DNA of 64,000 nt from Nitrospinaceae bacterium. GTDB taxonomy: Bacteria > Nitrospinota > Nitrospinia > Nitrospinales > Nitrospinaceae. Both the position numbers and the translations under genes were made by a program. This document shows positions 10,709 to 21,412 of this stretch, in pieces. Numbering within the stretch: the first letter of the stretch is position 1; each line of letters begins with the position of its first letter. The DNA lies in contig OZ245011.1 of assembly GCA_965223665.1 (NCBI GenBank), positions 256,001 through 320,000 of the forward strand. The letters are read 5' to 3'. Below the pieces are notes generated by a model. It was given only the letters and a program-made list of their open reading frames with translations. It searched no databases and was not told where the DNA came from.

Positions 10709-11917
10709 ATGGAAGTTTTTAGTTCGATTGATGAAGCGATTGAAGATGTTCGACAAGGAAAAATGATTGTCATTGTGGATGATGAAGACCGTGAAAATGA
10801 AGGCGATTTGATGATCGCTGCGGAAAAGGTGACTCCAGAAGCGATTAATTTTATGGCTAAATTTGGAAGGGGTTTAATTTGTCTGACATTGACTGAAAAA
10901 CGAACTGCTGAATTGGGGTTGCCTATGATGGTACAAGAAAATCAATCTCAATTTGGGACCCCGTTTACAGTTTCCATTGATGCAAAACAAGGAGTGACTA
11001 CAGGAATTTCTGCAGCAGATAGGGCTCGTACAATTGAAGTTGCAGTTGACCAAAATTCCACCCAATATGATTTAGTCATGCCCGGGCATATTTTCCCATT
11101 GCGTGCCAGGGATGGAGGAGTTTTGGTTCGTGCGGGTCAAACAGAGGGATCTGTTGATGTAGCGCGACTAGCGGGTTTAAATCCAGCAGGTGTGATTTGT
11201 GAAATAATGAATGAAGACGGAACCATGGCTCGCATTGGCCAGCTTTCAAAATTCATCGAAAAACACAATTTGAAAATGATAACCATCAAAGATTTGATGG
11301 AATATAGATTAAACCAGGAAACCTTAGTCGAAGAAGTGACGGCAACTCAATTACCCACTGAATTTGGAGATTTTAAAGCCGTTGCCTTTAGGAACAAATT
11401 AATTGACCAGGTTCATATTGCTTTGATTAAAGGAGAAATTGAACCTGACGTGCCAACTTTAGTTCGTGTTCACTCCCAATGTTTGACAGGGGATGTATTT
11501 GGTTCTTACCGGTGTGATTGTGGAGAGCAATTAGCCAAGGCCTTGGAAATGATAGAAACCGAGGGAAGGGGAGTTTTATTGTACTTATATCAAGAAGGCC
11601 GTGGAATAGGTATTTTAAATAAGTTGAAAGCTTATTCTCTACAGGATGAGGGAAAGGATACCGTTCAGGCAAATGAGGCTTTAGGATTTAAACCAGATTT
11701 AAGAGACTATGGAATTGGAGCACAAATTCTCCGTTCTCTAGGTTTAGGTCAAATCCGAATAATGAGTAACAATCCCAAAAAAATTGTAGGCTTAGAAGCC
11801 TATGGACTAAAAATGGTGGAAAGGGTTCCCATTGAAATTGAACCAAGGAAACAAAACATTCAATACTTGAAAACAAAACAATCAAAGATGGGGCATCTCA
11901 TTAAAAACGTATTCTAA
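10709..11917 (+). CDS. ribBA: DHBP synthase / GTP cyclohydrolase II
   Basis: [36 protein letters not shown]. Confidence 0.97.
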   Translation: MEVFSSIDEAIEDVRQGKMIVIVDDEDRENEGDLMIAAEKVTPEAINFMAKFGRGLICLTLTEKRTAELGLPMMVQENQSQFGTPFTVSIDAKQGVTTGISAADRARTIEVAVDQNSTQYDLVMPGHIFPLRARDGGVLVRAGQTEGSVDVARLAGLNPAGVICEIMNEDGTMARIGQLSKFIEKHNLKMITIKDLMEYRLNQETLVEEVTATQLPTEFGDFKAVAFRNKLIDQVHIALIKGEIEPDVPTLVRVHSQCLTGDVFGSYRCDCGEQLAKALEMIETEGRGVLLYLYQEGRGIGILNKLKAYSLQDEGKDTVQANEALGFKPDLRDYGIGAQILRSLGLGQIRIMSNNPKKIVGLEAYGLKMVERVPIEIEPRKQNIQYLKTKQSKMGHLIKNVF

Positions 11918-11931
11918 GAAAGAGTTTTATT

Positions 11932-12396
11932 GTGCCAAATAAAATAGAAGGAAGTTTAAAAGGTGATGGGCAAAAGGTAGGAATAGTTGTTAGCAGGTTT
12001 AACGATTTTATTACAAGACCTTTGTTGGATGGTGCGGTTGATTGTTTGTTACGGCATGGAGTGATTGAAACAGATATTGATGTGGTTTATGTTCCGGGTG
12101 CTTTTGAAATTCCTTCAATAGCAAAAAAGATGTGCGGGCAAGGAAAATATGATGCTGTCATTTGTTTGGGAGCTGTAATCCGAGGGGCTACGGCGCATTT
12201 TGACTATGTTGCCGGAGAAGCAAGTAAAGGAATTGGAATATTAGCCATGGAATCTTCAATTCCAGTGGTTTTTGGAGTTTTAACAACGAATACCTTAGAA
12301 CAGGCAATTGAAAGATCAGGTTCAAAATCTGGAAATAAAGGTTGGGAGGCTGCACTAACGGCCATTGAAATGATAAATTTATCGAAACTACTTTAA
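11932..12396 (+). CDS. ribH: 6,7-dimethyl-8-ribityllumazine synthase
   Basis: [30 protein letters not shown]. Confidence 0.97.
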   Translation: MPNKIEGSLKGDGQKVGIVVSRFNDFITRPLLDGAVDCLLRHGVIETDIDVVYVPGAFEIPSIAKKMCGQGKYDAVICLGAVIRGATAHFDYVAGEASKGIGILAMESSIPVVFGVLTTNTLEQAIERSGSKSGNKGWEAALTAIEMINLSKLL

Positions 12397-12408
12397 TTTG
12401 GAATCATA

Positions 12409-12842
12409 ATGGGTAAAAGGCGTTCCTCGAGAGAATTAGCTATAAAGTTTCTTTATCTAATGGATATGAATCCTGGAAAAATTGATCAAAAGAAACAAGA
12501 GTTTTGGAACGCAATCCCTGCCAAAAAGATATCCAAATCTTTACAGATGAATTAATAAATAATTTAATAAAACATAAGGAAGAAATTGATCTTATTTTAG
12601 AAAAGTGTAGTCAGCATTGGACTTTGACTCGAATGGCCGTAATTGATAAAAATCTACTTAGATTAGCAACATGTGAGATTCTTTATAGTAAGACAGTTCC
12701 TCCAAAAGTAGCAATTGATGAAGCCTTAGAAATTGCAAAAAAATATGGAAGTGAAGATTCCCCGCAGTTTATTAATGGTATCTTAGATAAAATCCTCAAA
12801 ACAAATCAGAATGATTTTATCCAAGCATCAAATGATTCCTGA
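12409..12842 (+). pseudogene. nusB: Transcription antitermination factor NusB split by a 1-nt frameshift near 12505-12507 (possibly a sequencing error)
   Basis: ATG 12409 frame gives MGKRRSSRELAIKFLY...QEFW and stops at 12553-12555; the -1 frame continues ERNPC...RMAVIDKNLLRLA...VAIDEALEIAKKY...FINGILD. Confidence 0.85.
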
Positions 12843-12850
12843 ATAAAATA

Positions 12851-13579
12851 ATGATTTACCTCATATTCTCTGACGTACACAGTAATTTAGAGTCTTTAAA
12901 CAAATTTATTGAGATCAGTACAGAGATTCCTCATGACAAAAAAGTATGTTTGGGAGACATGGTCGGGTATAACGCTAACCCAAATGAATGTCTTGATTGG
13001 ATTCGGCAGAATGTCGATATTGTTTTAGCAGGAAATCATGATTATGGCGCTGTAGGAATGATTGATATTTCTGAATTCAATCCGTTCGCTCAAGAGGCTT
13101 GCCTTTGGTCCAAAGAACAGCTAACAGACGCGAATAGAATGTTTTTAAGATCGCTCCCCATTGTAAAAGAAGAGGACGGAATATTGTGGGCTCATTCATC
13201 ACCCTTTGAACCGGATGAATGGCATTACATAAATAATAAATACGATGCGCAAAATAATTTCCCACATTTTAAAAACTCTATTTGTTTTGTTGGACATTCC
13301 CATAAACTTGGAGTGTATGAACTTGAATTAAATGGCTGGGTGGAAGGAATTTACCAATTTGATTATGAATTAAAACTCGGATGCCGATATATAGTTAATG
13401 TGGGAAGTTTGGGACAGCCGAGAGATGGAATCCCTAAACCCAGTTTTGTGATTTTTAACTCCAGCACGCTAAAATTAGAAATAATAAGGTATGAGTACAA
13501 TTTTAATGCTACTCAATCAAAAGTAATTTCGGAAGGGCTTCCCTCTTATTTAGCTGAGCGTTTAGCAATGGGTTTCTAA
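12851..13579 (+). CDS. Calcineurin-like metallophosphoesterase
   Basis: SDVHSN, LGD.VGY, GNHD, GHSH, NVGSLGQPRDG. Confidence 0.92.
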   Translation: MIYLIFSDVHSNLESLNKFIEISTEIPHDKKVCLGDMVGYNANPNECLDWIRQNVDIVLAGNHDYGAVGMIDISEFNPFAQEACLWSKEQLTDANRMFLRSLPIVKEEDGILWAHSSPFEPDEWHYINNKYDAQNNFPHFKNSICFVGHSHKLGVYELELNGWVEGIYQFDYELKLGCRYIVNVGSLGQPRDGIPKPSFVIFNSSTLKLEIIRYEYNFNATQSKVISEGLPSYLAERLAMGF

Positions 13580-13593
13580 AAAGGTTAGTATTC

Positions 13594-13622
13594 TTGACGC
13601 TAACCTTGATCAGTGTTATAGT
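13594..13622 (+). promoter_or_regulatory. Sigma70-type promoter for amiC-der operon
   Basis: TTGACG-N17-TATAGT with extended -10 TG. Confidence 0.6.
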
Positions 13623-13718
13623 CAGAACTTTAATGAAATTAGATATTTAGCAGAATTAATTTTGGTTCCTACCTTAAGATTTATGCCAAGATTATTTTAA
13701 ACCCAAAGAATTGAAACG

Positions 13719-15434
13719 ATGAAAAATTCCAATAAATTAAAATATTTCTTGATCTTGTTTTTAGTCGTTTTGATGAATTTTTTTCCACTTTTGCAAAGTG
13801 AAAGTTCCGCTAAGAAAAAAACTCCTGTTAAATCCTCAAAAAAGCTATATAGCAACGCTCAAAATAAATATTATGAATTTTTCCGGTCACCTTCAAAAAT
13901 AAGAAATAGACAACAATGGATTAGAGTCATTAATCAGTTTTTAAATGTTCTTAAATTCTATCCTGACTCTACTGAGGCTTACAAAGCCACTTTTACTATT
14001 GCCCGGTTATTTCAAAAAATGGGGCAAGAGTTAAAAAAGAAGGAGGATTTTAGGTCTGCGCAAGCATATTACCAAAAGCTCCTTGAAGGAAATCGAAAGG
14101 GCTCCCTTCACGATGATTCATTATTTCATTTGGCGGAGGTTTTCTTAATACAGGGACAACATGGTTTAGCGCAAAATTCTTTTCAGACAATAATTAATAA
14201 ATACCCAAAAGGAGATCAAGTTGTAAAGGCTCAACAGAAATTGAGCCAATTGACCTCTTCCAATTTTAATTCTTTTCCTAAGAAAGTTAATAGGGTCCCT
14301 AGAAAAACTCTAAGCAATTTAGTGTTTACTCGGGATAAGGAAGGTTCCCGTCTTACACTTTCCTCTTCTGGTGTGATCAATTTTCGCCAAGTAAAACTGG
14401 GAAATCCGGATCGTGTGTTATTGACTTTTGAAAATGCAACCTGGGATAAAAGTGTCATTTCTTCAAAAGTTGTTAAGGGCTCAATTGTTGAAAAATGGAG
14501 TTTGGGGGCTGATGAGAATCTTAATGGTCAACTTGAATTAAAAATTAATTCAAAAAATGGGGCGAAAATTGTAACCCGAAAACTAAAAAATAATTTTGTT
14601 ATTGAATTTCGACCTTTAAAAAAGAAAATTATAGCTAAAAAGTCGCCGAATAAATACTCCAGAAAGCCTTTGGCAAAAATAAAAAAAGTTTCGGTTAGAA
14701 AAAACAAAGTTACCCAATCTCAAACCACCTCTAAAATTGAAAAGAGTTCTATTCCCTTAATTGTGCTGGATGCTGGACACGGTGGAAAGGACGATGGAGC
14801 TCACGGCGTTACTGGAGTTCTTGAGAAAAAATTGAATTTAAATATTGCTAAAAAAGTCGGAACATTATTAAAAAAACGATATAAATATAAAATCTTTTTA
14901 ACTCGAAAAGATGATAGCTTTATAGAACTAGAGGAAAGAGGAAATATTGCTAATAAAATGCACGCTGATTTGTTTGTTTCTATACATGCGAATGCAGCCC
15001 CAAGAAAATCTGCAAAAGGAATTGAGACCTATTATTTAGGAACCGGTTCCTCCCAGCAAGCATTAGAAACAGCTGCTCGCGAGAATGGTGAACTCGTTCA
15101 TTCTGTTACAGATAATGACGTCCAGAATATATTGGCCAGTTTAATTAGCACTACAAAAATAAATGACTCTTCTAGGTTAGCCGCAACGGTCCAAAAACGT
15201 CTTTTCAAAAACCTAGCCAAAAAATATCGTGGCGTGAATAATCTGGGTGTTAAAGAAGGTCCTTTCGTGGTATTGCATCATACTAATATGCCTAGTATTT
15301 TAGTTGAAGTGGGGTTTGTTACAAATAAATCAGAAGAACGAAAACTGAAGAATAGAAAATATCAAGATCAATTGGCAGCTGCTATTGCTCAAGGGATTCA
15401 TGATTATATTCTTCAACGTGGTCCCTCCATTTAA
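13719..15434 (+). CDS. amiC: N-acetylmuramoyl-L-alanine amidase (Amidase_3) with N-terminal TPR and AMIN-like regions
   Basis: Signal peptide; LDAGHGG.D.GA, EK, SIHANA, G.ETY, PSILVEVGF. Confidence 0.88.
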   Translation: MKNSNKLKYFLILFLVVLMNFFPLLQSESSAKKKTPVKSSKKLYSNAQNKYYEFFRSPSKIRNRQQWIRVINQFLNVLKFYPDSTEAYKATFTIARLFQKMGQELKKKEDFRSAQAYYQKLLEGNRKGSLHDDSLFHLAEVFLIQGQHGLAQNSFQTIINKYPKGDQVVKAQQKLSQLTSSNFNSFPKKVNRVPRKTLSNLVFTRDKEGSRLTLSSSGVINFRQVKLGNPDRVLLTFENATWDKSVISSKVVKGSIVEKWSLGADENLNGQLELKINSKNGAKIVTRKLKNNFVIEFRPLKKKIIAKKSPNKYSRKPLAKIKKVSVRKNKVTQSQTTSKIEKSSIPLIVLDAGHGGKDDGAHGVTGVLEKKLNLNIAKKVGTLLKKRYKYKIFLTRKDDSFIELEERGNIANKMHADLFVSIHANAAPRKSAKGIETYYLGTGSSQQALETAARENGELVHSVTDNDVQNILASLISTTKINDSSRLAATVQKRLFKNLAKKYRGVNNLGVKEGPFVVLHHTNMPSILVEVGFVTNKSEERKLKNRKYQDQLAAAIAQGIHDYILQRGPSI

Positions 15435-15447
15435 GCTTTTTAAAGTC

Positions 15448-16767
15448 ATGTCTCCTCCCTGTGTTGCCATTGTTGGACGAGCCAACGTCGGAAAATCTAC
15501 CCTATTTAACCGAATAACAAAAACTCGATCAGCCATCGTAAATAATACACCCGGTGTAACAAGAGATAGAATGTATAAAATCGTAGAGTGGTTTAATAAA
15601 ACCTTTCAATTGATTGATACGGGTGGGATTGATTTAGCGGGTGAAAATGAAATTGAACTCCAGGTAATAGAGCAAGCTGAAATTGCTATAGCTGAAGCTG
15701 ATTGTATTTTAATGGTTGTCGATGGACAACATGGGTTGACTCCCCAAGATCTGGATGTAATTGAAAAAATTAGAAAATCCGGAAAGTTAATGGTTTTAGT
15801 AGTAAATAAAATTGACGATCCCAAACATGAAGCCTTAATGGGACCTTTTTATGAACTTGGAGTCAATAACACTTACCCAATCTCAGCTGAGCATGGAGTT
15901 GGAATTAGTTATTTATTAGAAGAGTTAGTGAAGAACCTGCCTGAATCAAAGGAACTTAAATCTGACGCAGGGATACAGGTCGGGATTATTGGTAGACCTA
16001 ATGCAGGAAAATCATCTTTGATAAATCGTTTGGTAAATACTGACCGTTGTATAATTTCTGATATTCCTGGTACAACACGTGATTCGGTAGATACATTAAT
16101 TACCTTTGAGGGCCAAAACTATATATTAGTCGATACGGCAGGAATTCGAAGAAAGGGAAAGACGACTCATCTGTTAGATAAAGTAAGTGTTGTTATGGCC
16201 TTAAAGGCTTTGGAAAGATGTGAAGTGGCGGTGTTGGTAATTGATGCAGAAGTTGGGGTTAGCGATCAAGATGCGACCATAGCCGGCTATGCGCTAGAAC
16301 GTGGTTGTGGTTGTATTTTAGCCATAAACAAATGGGATGCTTTGGACCGAAAAGAAGCAACTATAAAAGTTTTTGATGACAAAGTAAGAAACAAATTGAA
16401 ATTTTTAGATTTTGCGCCCATAATGCACATCTCTGCAAAAACGGGTTACGGATTGAAGGGTTTTTTTCCGTTAATTTTTAAAGTTTTTGGTGAATACAAT
16501 AAAACAATACCAACTGGGAAATTGAACGATTGTTTTTCCAAAGCCATTCAAAAAAATCCCATGAGTAGCTATAGAGGAAAATTTTTAAAATTATTTTATT
16601 CCACCCAGACTAGAACTTGTCCTCCTACGTTTCAGTGTTTTGTAAATTATCCTGAAGGTATTCATTTTTCGTATAAACGTTATCTCATAAACAGTCTACG
16701 GAAAGGTTTTGGATTTTCTGGGACTCCGATCAGGCTGAATTTTTCTCCCAGAAAAGCAAAAACCTGA
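15448..16767 (+). CDS. der: Ribosome biogenesis GTPase Der (EngA)
   Basis: Two G domains: GRANVGKST/DTGG/NKID and GRPNAGKSS/DTAG/NKWD; start taken at ATG 15448. Confidence 0.96.
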   Translation: MSPPCVAIVGRANVGKSTLFNRITKTRSAIVNNTPGVTRDRMYKIVEWFNKTFQLIDTGGIDLAGENEIELQVIEQAEIAIAEADCILMVVDGQHGLTPQDLDVIEKIRKSGKLMVLVVNKIDDPKHEALMGPFYELGVNNTYPISAEHGVGISYLLEELVKNLPESKELKSDAGIQVGIIGRPNAGKSSLINRLVNTDRCIISDIPGTTRDSVDTLITFEGQNYILVDTAGIRRKGKTTHLLDKVSVVMALKALERCEVAVLVIDAEVGVSDQDATIAGYALERGCGCILAINKWDALDRKEATIKVFDDKVRNKLKFLDFAPIMHISAKTGYGLKGFFPLIFKVFGEYNKTIPTGKLNDCFSKAIQKNPMSSYRGKFLKLFYSTQTRTCPPTFQCFVNYPEGIHFSYKRYLINSLRKGFGFSGTPIRLNFSPRKAKT

Positions 16768-16771
16768 AAGA

Positions 16772-19171
16772 ATGACCTCTCCACCTAAATATAAAATATA
16801 TAAAGGCTATAACTTTAGGATTTTTGAAATCCCGGGTTTCGATCCCATTTGTTTTGGGTGTCCTCCTGGAATTGTAAAGGATTTTTCACGTCGAAATAAG
16901 GATCTTCCCTCAAAATATTTTCTTCCTCTCAGAACATTTGTTAAAGGAAAAAACTATTTTGATTTTGAATTTATTGTATATAGCTTTTTGTTTGTTAAAA
17001 ACGAGAAATCAAAAATTTCGATTTATTGTACTTCTGACCAGAAAAAACGTTTTAAATCCATAATAAATGAAACCTTATTTGGGCCTACTTTTAAAAATAT
17101 GTTGTTGGCTCAATTTAGAAAGATTGAAAGAAACTCGGAGTTTTCTTTTAAAGAAAAAAATCAATTTCGAAAGTTGGTGGTAAGTCTGTCTAATAATGTT
17201 GACCTTTCTAAATTTGTCCAACAACTTCTTGAAAGGAATGAAAAAGAAAAAATAATTCATTCAAAATTGGAAAATTATTTTGAAGAATTTTTGAAGAACA
17301 TTCCCTGGTTATATAAAAAGAAAATCCCATTAATAGAGAAACAATTCGCCAAAAATTATTTTCTTTGTCTGCATCTTAAAAATGAGATGGATTTGTTTGT
17401 GCTTGCAAAAGAAAGCGATAGAGGTAAATTTATTGAAAACTTGGTGGACTTTCATTTATTGGATATCCAAGAATCGTTAACCCTATCGGGGATCGAAGAC
17501 AAAAGAAAAAAAATAAATATTTCTCAAGTGCAGCCGGCAATATTTGAAATTTCCATAAAAAATAAACCCGTTTGTAAAATTGATATTTTACATTTGGATC
17601 CACCCCCTCGCCCGGAAAAAATTATGTCAATTGAAAAACCTCATTTGGGTGTAACTTATTTAGGCGTTGGTTCCGGGTTTAGCCATAATAGGCGGAATAG
17701 CTCATTGATAGTATGGGTTGACGGGAAAGGAATTATGGTTGATGCCTATAGCGATAATAATGAAACCATGCTGGGTTATGGTATTGCGAGTAATGAAATT
17801 AATTATATGTTTTTAACTCATGTGCATTCAGACCATGATTCAGGTTTTATTGAAAAAATTCTTTCTGGTCAACGTATAAAACTGATAACCTCTCGGATCA
17901 TTTTTGAGAGCTTTTTAAGAAAAATTCAAGGAATTACTAAGTTTCCTACTGAGGTAATTGAAAGTTTTATTGATTTTTTTGAAGTTGAACCTAATAGAAG
18001 AATTAAATTACCTGGATTCAAGAATACTTATCTTGACTTTGATTACTCTTTGCACTCTATCCCCACTGGAAGGTTTCGCTTGGTTTATAAAGCCAATGGA
18101 AACGAAAAAGTAATTAGTCATTCCGGAGATACCAAGTTTGACATGGAAATGGTTCATCAGTGGTGGAAGCAAGGTGTATTTAGTGAAAAAAGAAGAGATG
18201 GAATTCTTGGTTTTATTTGGGATGCGGATTTGGTAATTCAGGAAGTTGGAGGTGGGGTTCTGCATACCAATTTGGGTTCTCTTAGTTATTTGGACCCATC
18301 AATTATGAAAAAAACTGTATTAGTTCATCAACATAAAGATCCCTTCCCTCATCCTTTATTTCGATTTGCTGAGGAGGGTAAAACAGATGTTCTGATCAAA
18401 CAAAAAACGTCAAGTAAGCAATCCTTGACAGATTTTCTAAAAGAGGTAGCTTTGTTTGATAAAGTCACTTCCAAAGAATTGAAGGAAATTGTAAAAGGGT
18501 CTTCGACCATTAAAAAGAAAAGTGGTGAAATAGTTTTTTCAAAAAACCAGGTTGGAGATTCATTTTATATTATTATAGATGGGTTTGCTGAAGTTCGCTT
18601 GAATCGCGATAAATATGCCATTTATGAAAAGGGAATGTTTTTTGGAGAACTTGCAGTTTCAACAGAAAATCCTCAAAGGCGAGGAACTGTGAGAGCCCTT
18701 TCACCCATGACGTTAGTAAAAATTCCAAAAAAATTCTACCGAAAAGGAATATTTCCTGAAATTGTGGATGAATTTTACCATTTAGGGAATTACTTCAATA
18801 AATATATTCGTCCCGGTTTAGTGGCTTCACTGGGATTTGGAGATGTCGCTCATTGGAAAAGAGGAGAACCTTTATTTTCAAATGGTTTAGAGGATGGGCA
18901 AGCTTATGTTTTGATTTCTGGCCAGGTAAAAGTTCGGATCCCTAAACGAAAAACCGTTGCATTTCTATCCAGTGGAGATATTATGGGCGATCTTCCAAAT
19001 TGGAAAAAGTTTCCTTCGGTTTCACAAATTTCTGCTGATAGTGACCGTGTATTAGCAGTTAAAATAACTAAAAATCATTTGGGAGATTTACTAAAGCTTT
19101 ACCCCTCATTTTGGGGTACGGTATACCATAAGCTAAAGAGATTAGATGTTACTTTAAATAATTCGCTCTAA
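16772..19171 (+). CDS. MBL-fold metallo-hydrolase with C-terminal cyclic nucleotide-binding domains
   Basis: LGVGSGF, THVHSDHD, HSIP, SGDT; FFGELA...R.GTVRA phosphate-binding cassette; second degenerate cNMP domain. Confidence 0.82.
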   Translation: MTSPPKYKIYKGYNFRIFEIPGFDPICFGCPPGIVKDFSRRNKDLPSKYFLPLRTFVKGKNYFDFEFIVYSFLFVKNEKSKISIYCTSDQKKRFKSIINETLFGPTFKNMLLAQFRKIERNSEFSFKEKNQFRKLVVSLSNNVDLSKFVQQLLERNEKEKIIHSKLENYFEEFLKNIPWLYKKKIPLIEKQFAKNYFLCLHLKNEMDLFVLAKESDRGKFIENLVDFHLLDIQESLTLSGIEDKRKKINISQVQPAIFEISIKNKPVCKIDILHLDPPPRPEKIMSIEKPHLGVTYLGVGSGFSHNRRNSSLIVWVDGKGIMVDAYSDNNETMLGYGIASNEINYMFLTHVHSDHDSGFIEKILSGQRIKLITSRIIFESFLRKIQGITKFPTEVIESFIDFFEVEPNRRIKLPGFKNTYLDFDYSLHSIPTGRFRLVYKANGNEKVISHSGDTKFDMEMVHQWWKQGVFSEKRRDGILGFIWDADLVIQEVGGGVLHTNLGSLSYLDPSIMKKTVLVHQHKDPFPHPLFRFAEEGKTDVLIKQKTSSKQSLTDFLKEVALFDKVTSKELKEIVKGSSTIKKKSGEIVFSKNQVGDSFYIIIDGFAEVRLNRDKYAIYEKGMFFGELAVSTENPQRRGTVRALSPMTLVKIPKKFYRKGIFPEIVDEFYHLGNYFNKYIRPGLVASLGFGDVAHWKRGEPLFSNGLEDGQAYVLISGQVKVRIPKRKTVAFLSSGDIMGDLPNWKKFPSVSQISADSDRVLAVKITKNHLGDLLKLYPSFWGTVYHKLKRLDVTLNNSL

Positions 19172-19302
19172 ATTTAAGAAGGTATAAACTTGATCAAACC
19201 TTTGACTAACTATAAAATATGTGCTTTCTTGAGTAAAAACTTACCAATTTAAAATTTATCTGGAGGGCATGGACTGAAGCCCCCATAGTCTGTGAGGGAA
19301 GT

Positions 19303-21399
19303 ATGAAAACGTATAAACCGCAACAGATCAGGAACGTTGGAATTATTGGCCACGGTGGATCCGGTAAGACTTCAATGGTTGAGGCCTTATTATATGCTAC
19401 AGGAGTTTCGGACCGAATTGGCAAGGTTGGAGATAATTCTTCTATCATGGACTATGACCCTGACGAGATTAAGCGCGGACATTCGATAAATGCTTCATTC
19501 GCTTTTTTTGAATGGGAAAAACACAAAATAAATATTTTAGATACTCCTGGTGAAAACAATTTTATTGCAGATACCCCAGGTTGCATTAGAGTGGTGGATG
19601 GAGCTGTAGTAGTCATTGGAGCCGATTATGGGGTTCAATTTTACACTGAAAAAGTTTGGCAGTGGGCGGATGAGAAATCCCTTCAGCGAATTATTTTTAT
19701 AAATAAAATGGATAGTGAAAAAGCATCTCTTAAATCCGTTTTAGATAGCATAAAAAAGAAACTTAAAGTTCAACCGTTATTAACTCAAATTCCTGTGGGG
19801 CAAGGTGAAAACTTCTCGGGAATTGTGGACCTGATTGAAAAAAAATTCTTTTCGTATGAAAAGGGCGGGAAGGGAATTGGTAAATCAGAAGAAATCCCCA
19901 GTGAATTGAAAGATGAAGTTGAAGAGAGTATAGCAGAATTAAATGAGGTGGTTGCTGAGGCAGATGATGAATTAGTTGAGATTTATCTTGAAAAAGGCGA
20001 GCTGACCGAAGAGCAATTTAACAGAGGATTACAGACTGGGATTAAAAGTGGACAATTGGTTCCGGTGTTGATAGGGTCTGCCACCCAAAATATTGGTACA
20101 GATAGAATTTTAAAAGCCATTGTAGATTACCTTCCTTCTCCAGATAGTCGTTCTCCTGAACTGGCAAATTCGATTAAGGACAAACAAGAAATTGAGGTTT
20201 CCACAGATAGTGATCAACCTTTTTCGGGCTTAGTTTTCAAAACATTTGCTGATCCTTATGCTGGAAAGCTTACCTTGTTCCGTATTTTTTCCGGCAGTAT
20301 AAAACCAGATACCAATGTATATAATTCAACCCACGAAACTAATGAGAGAATAGGGCAGTTGTTTGCATTGCAGGGAAAAAAGCAGGAACAAGTTTCAGAG
20401 GCTTATGCAGGGGATATAGTGGGAGTGGCAAAATTAAAAACTACCGCCACTGGAGACTCATTAACAGCTTCCGATAAGGGAGTTATTTTCAAAGAATTAA
20501 TTTTTCCTAATCCGGTGCTAGCCAGAGCGGTACTTCCAAAAACCCGGGCTGATGAAGAAAAAATTAGTAATGCTTTAGGACGTCTTAAAGAAGAGGATCC
20601 TACTTTAAAAGTGGAGCGTGATCCGCAAACAAACGAGCTTTTAATTTCAGGTATGGGATCAGAACATTTAGATGTTATTATTGAACGTCTGAAACGAAGA
20701 TTTGGTGTAGAAGTGGATGTCAAAGCCCCCAAAGTTCCTTATCGAGAAACCATCCGAGGATCTACTAAAGTACAAGGAAAACATAAAAAACAATCTGGTG
20801 GACGGGGGCAATATGGAGATGCCTGGTTAGAAATTTCTCCTCTCCCTAAGGGAGGAGGATTTGAGTTTGAAAACCGTATTGTTGGTGGTGCAATTCCTAA
20901 GACCTATATTCCTGCAGTTGAAAAGGGTGTTCAGGAAGCCATGGCCGGGGGAGTCTTGGCCAATTATCCCATGGTGGATGTAAAAGTGGCTGTATATGAT
21001 GGCTCCTATCATGATGTAGATTCCTCGGAAATGGCTTTTAAAATTGCAGGCTCGATTGGATTTAAAAAGGGGGTTTTAGAATGTAAGCCCATTTTATTGG
21101 AACCCGTTATGTTAATAGAAATTAGCGTTCCGAGTGAATTTGTTGGGGATGTAATGGGAGATTTGAATTCCAAGCGTGGAAAGGTTTTGGGAGTTGATGC
21201 AGGTGAAGATACCCAGAAAATTAAAGCACATGTGCCAATGGCTTCTATTTTAAATTATGCTCCTGAATTAAGAGCTCTTACCAGTGGTCGAGGATTTTTT
21301 GTCATGGAATTCGACCATTATGATGATGTGCCTGAGCATTTAATAACCAAGATTATTGAAGAAGCAAAAAAAGAAAAAGAAGAAGAACAACAACACTAA
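19303..21399 (+). CDS. fusA: Elongation factor G paralog (EF-G II type)
   Basis: GHGGSGKT, DTPG, NKMD, KKQSGGRGQYG, DGSYHDVDSSEMAF; not in an str operon. Confidence 0.93.
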   Translation: MKTYKPQQIRNVGIIGHGGSGKTSMVEALLYATGVSDRIGKVGDNSSIMDYDPDEIKRGHSINASFAFFEWEKHKINILDTPGENNFIADTPGCIRVVDGAVVVIGADYGVQFYTEKVWQWADEKSLQRIIFINKMDSEKASLKSVLDSIKKKLKVQPLLTQIPVGQGENFSGIVDLIEKKFFSYEKGGKGIGKSEEIPSELKDEVEESIAELNEVVAEADDELVEIYLEKGELTEEQFNRGLQTGIKSGQLVPVLIGSATQNIGTDRILKAIVDYLPSPDSRSPELANSIKDKQEIEVSTDSDQPFSGLVFKTFADPYAGKLTLFRIFSGSIKPDTNVYNSTHETNERIGQLFALQGKKQEQVSEAYAGDIVGVAKLKTTATGDSLTASDKGVIFKELIFPNPVLARAVLPKTRADEEKISNALGRLKEEDPTLKVERDPQTNELLISGMGSEHLDVIIERLKRRFGVEVDVKAPKVPYRETIRGSTKVQGKHKKQSGGRGQYGDAWLEISPLPKGGGFEFENRIVGGAIPKTYIPAVEKGVQEAMAGGVLANYPMVDVKVAVYDGSYHDVDSSEMAFKIAGSIGFKKGVLECKPILLEPVMLIEISVPSEFVGDVMGDLNSKRGKVLGVDAGEDTQKIKAHVPMASILNYAPELRALTSGRGFFVMEFDHYDDVPEHLITKIIEEAKKEKEEEQQH

Positions 21400-21412
21400 A
21401 TTGACAATAAAA

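Noticed and set aside
12490..12515. Programmed -1 frameshift in nusB
   Set aside because: No canonical slippery heptamer or evident downstream stimulatory structure; a simple indel is more parsimonious
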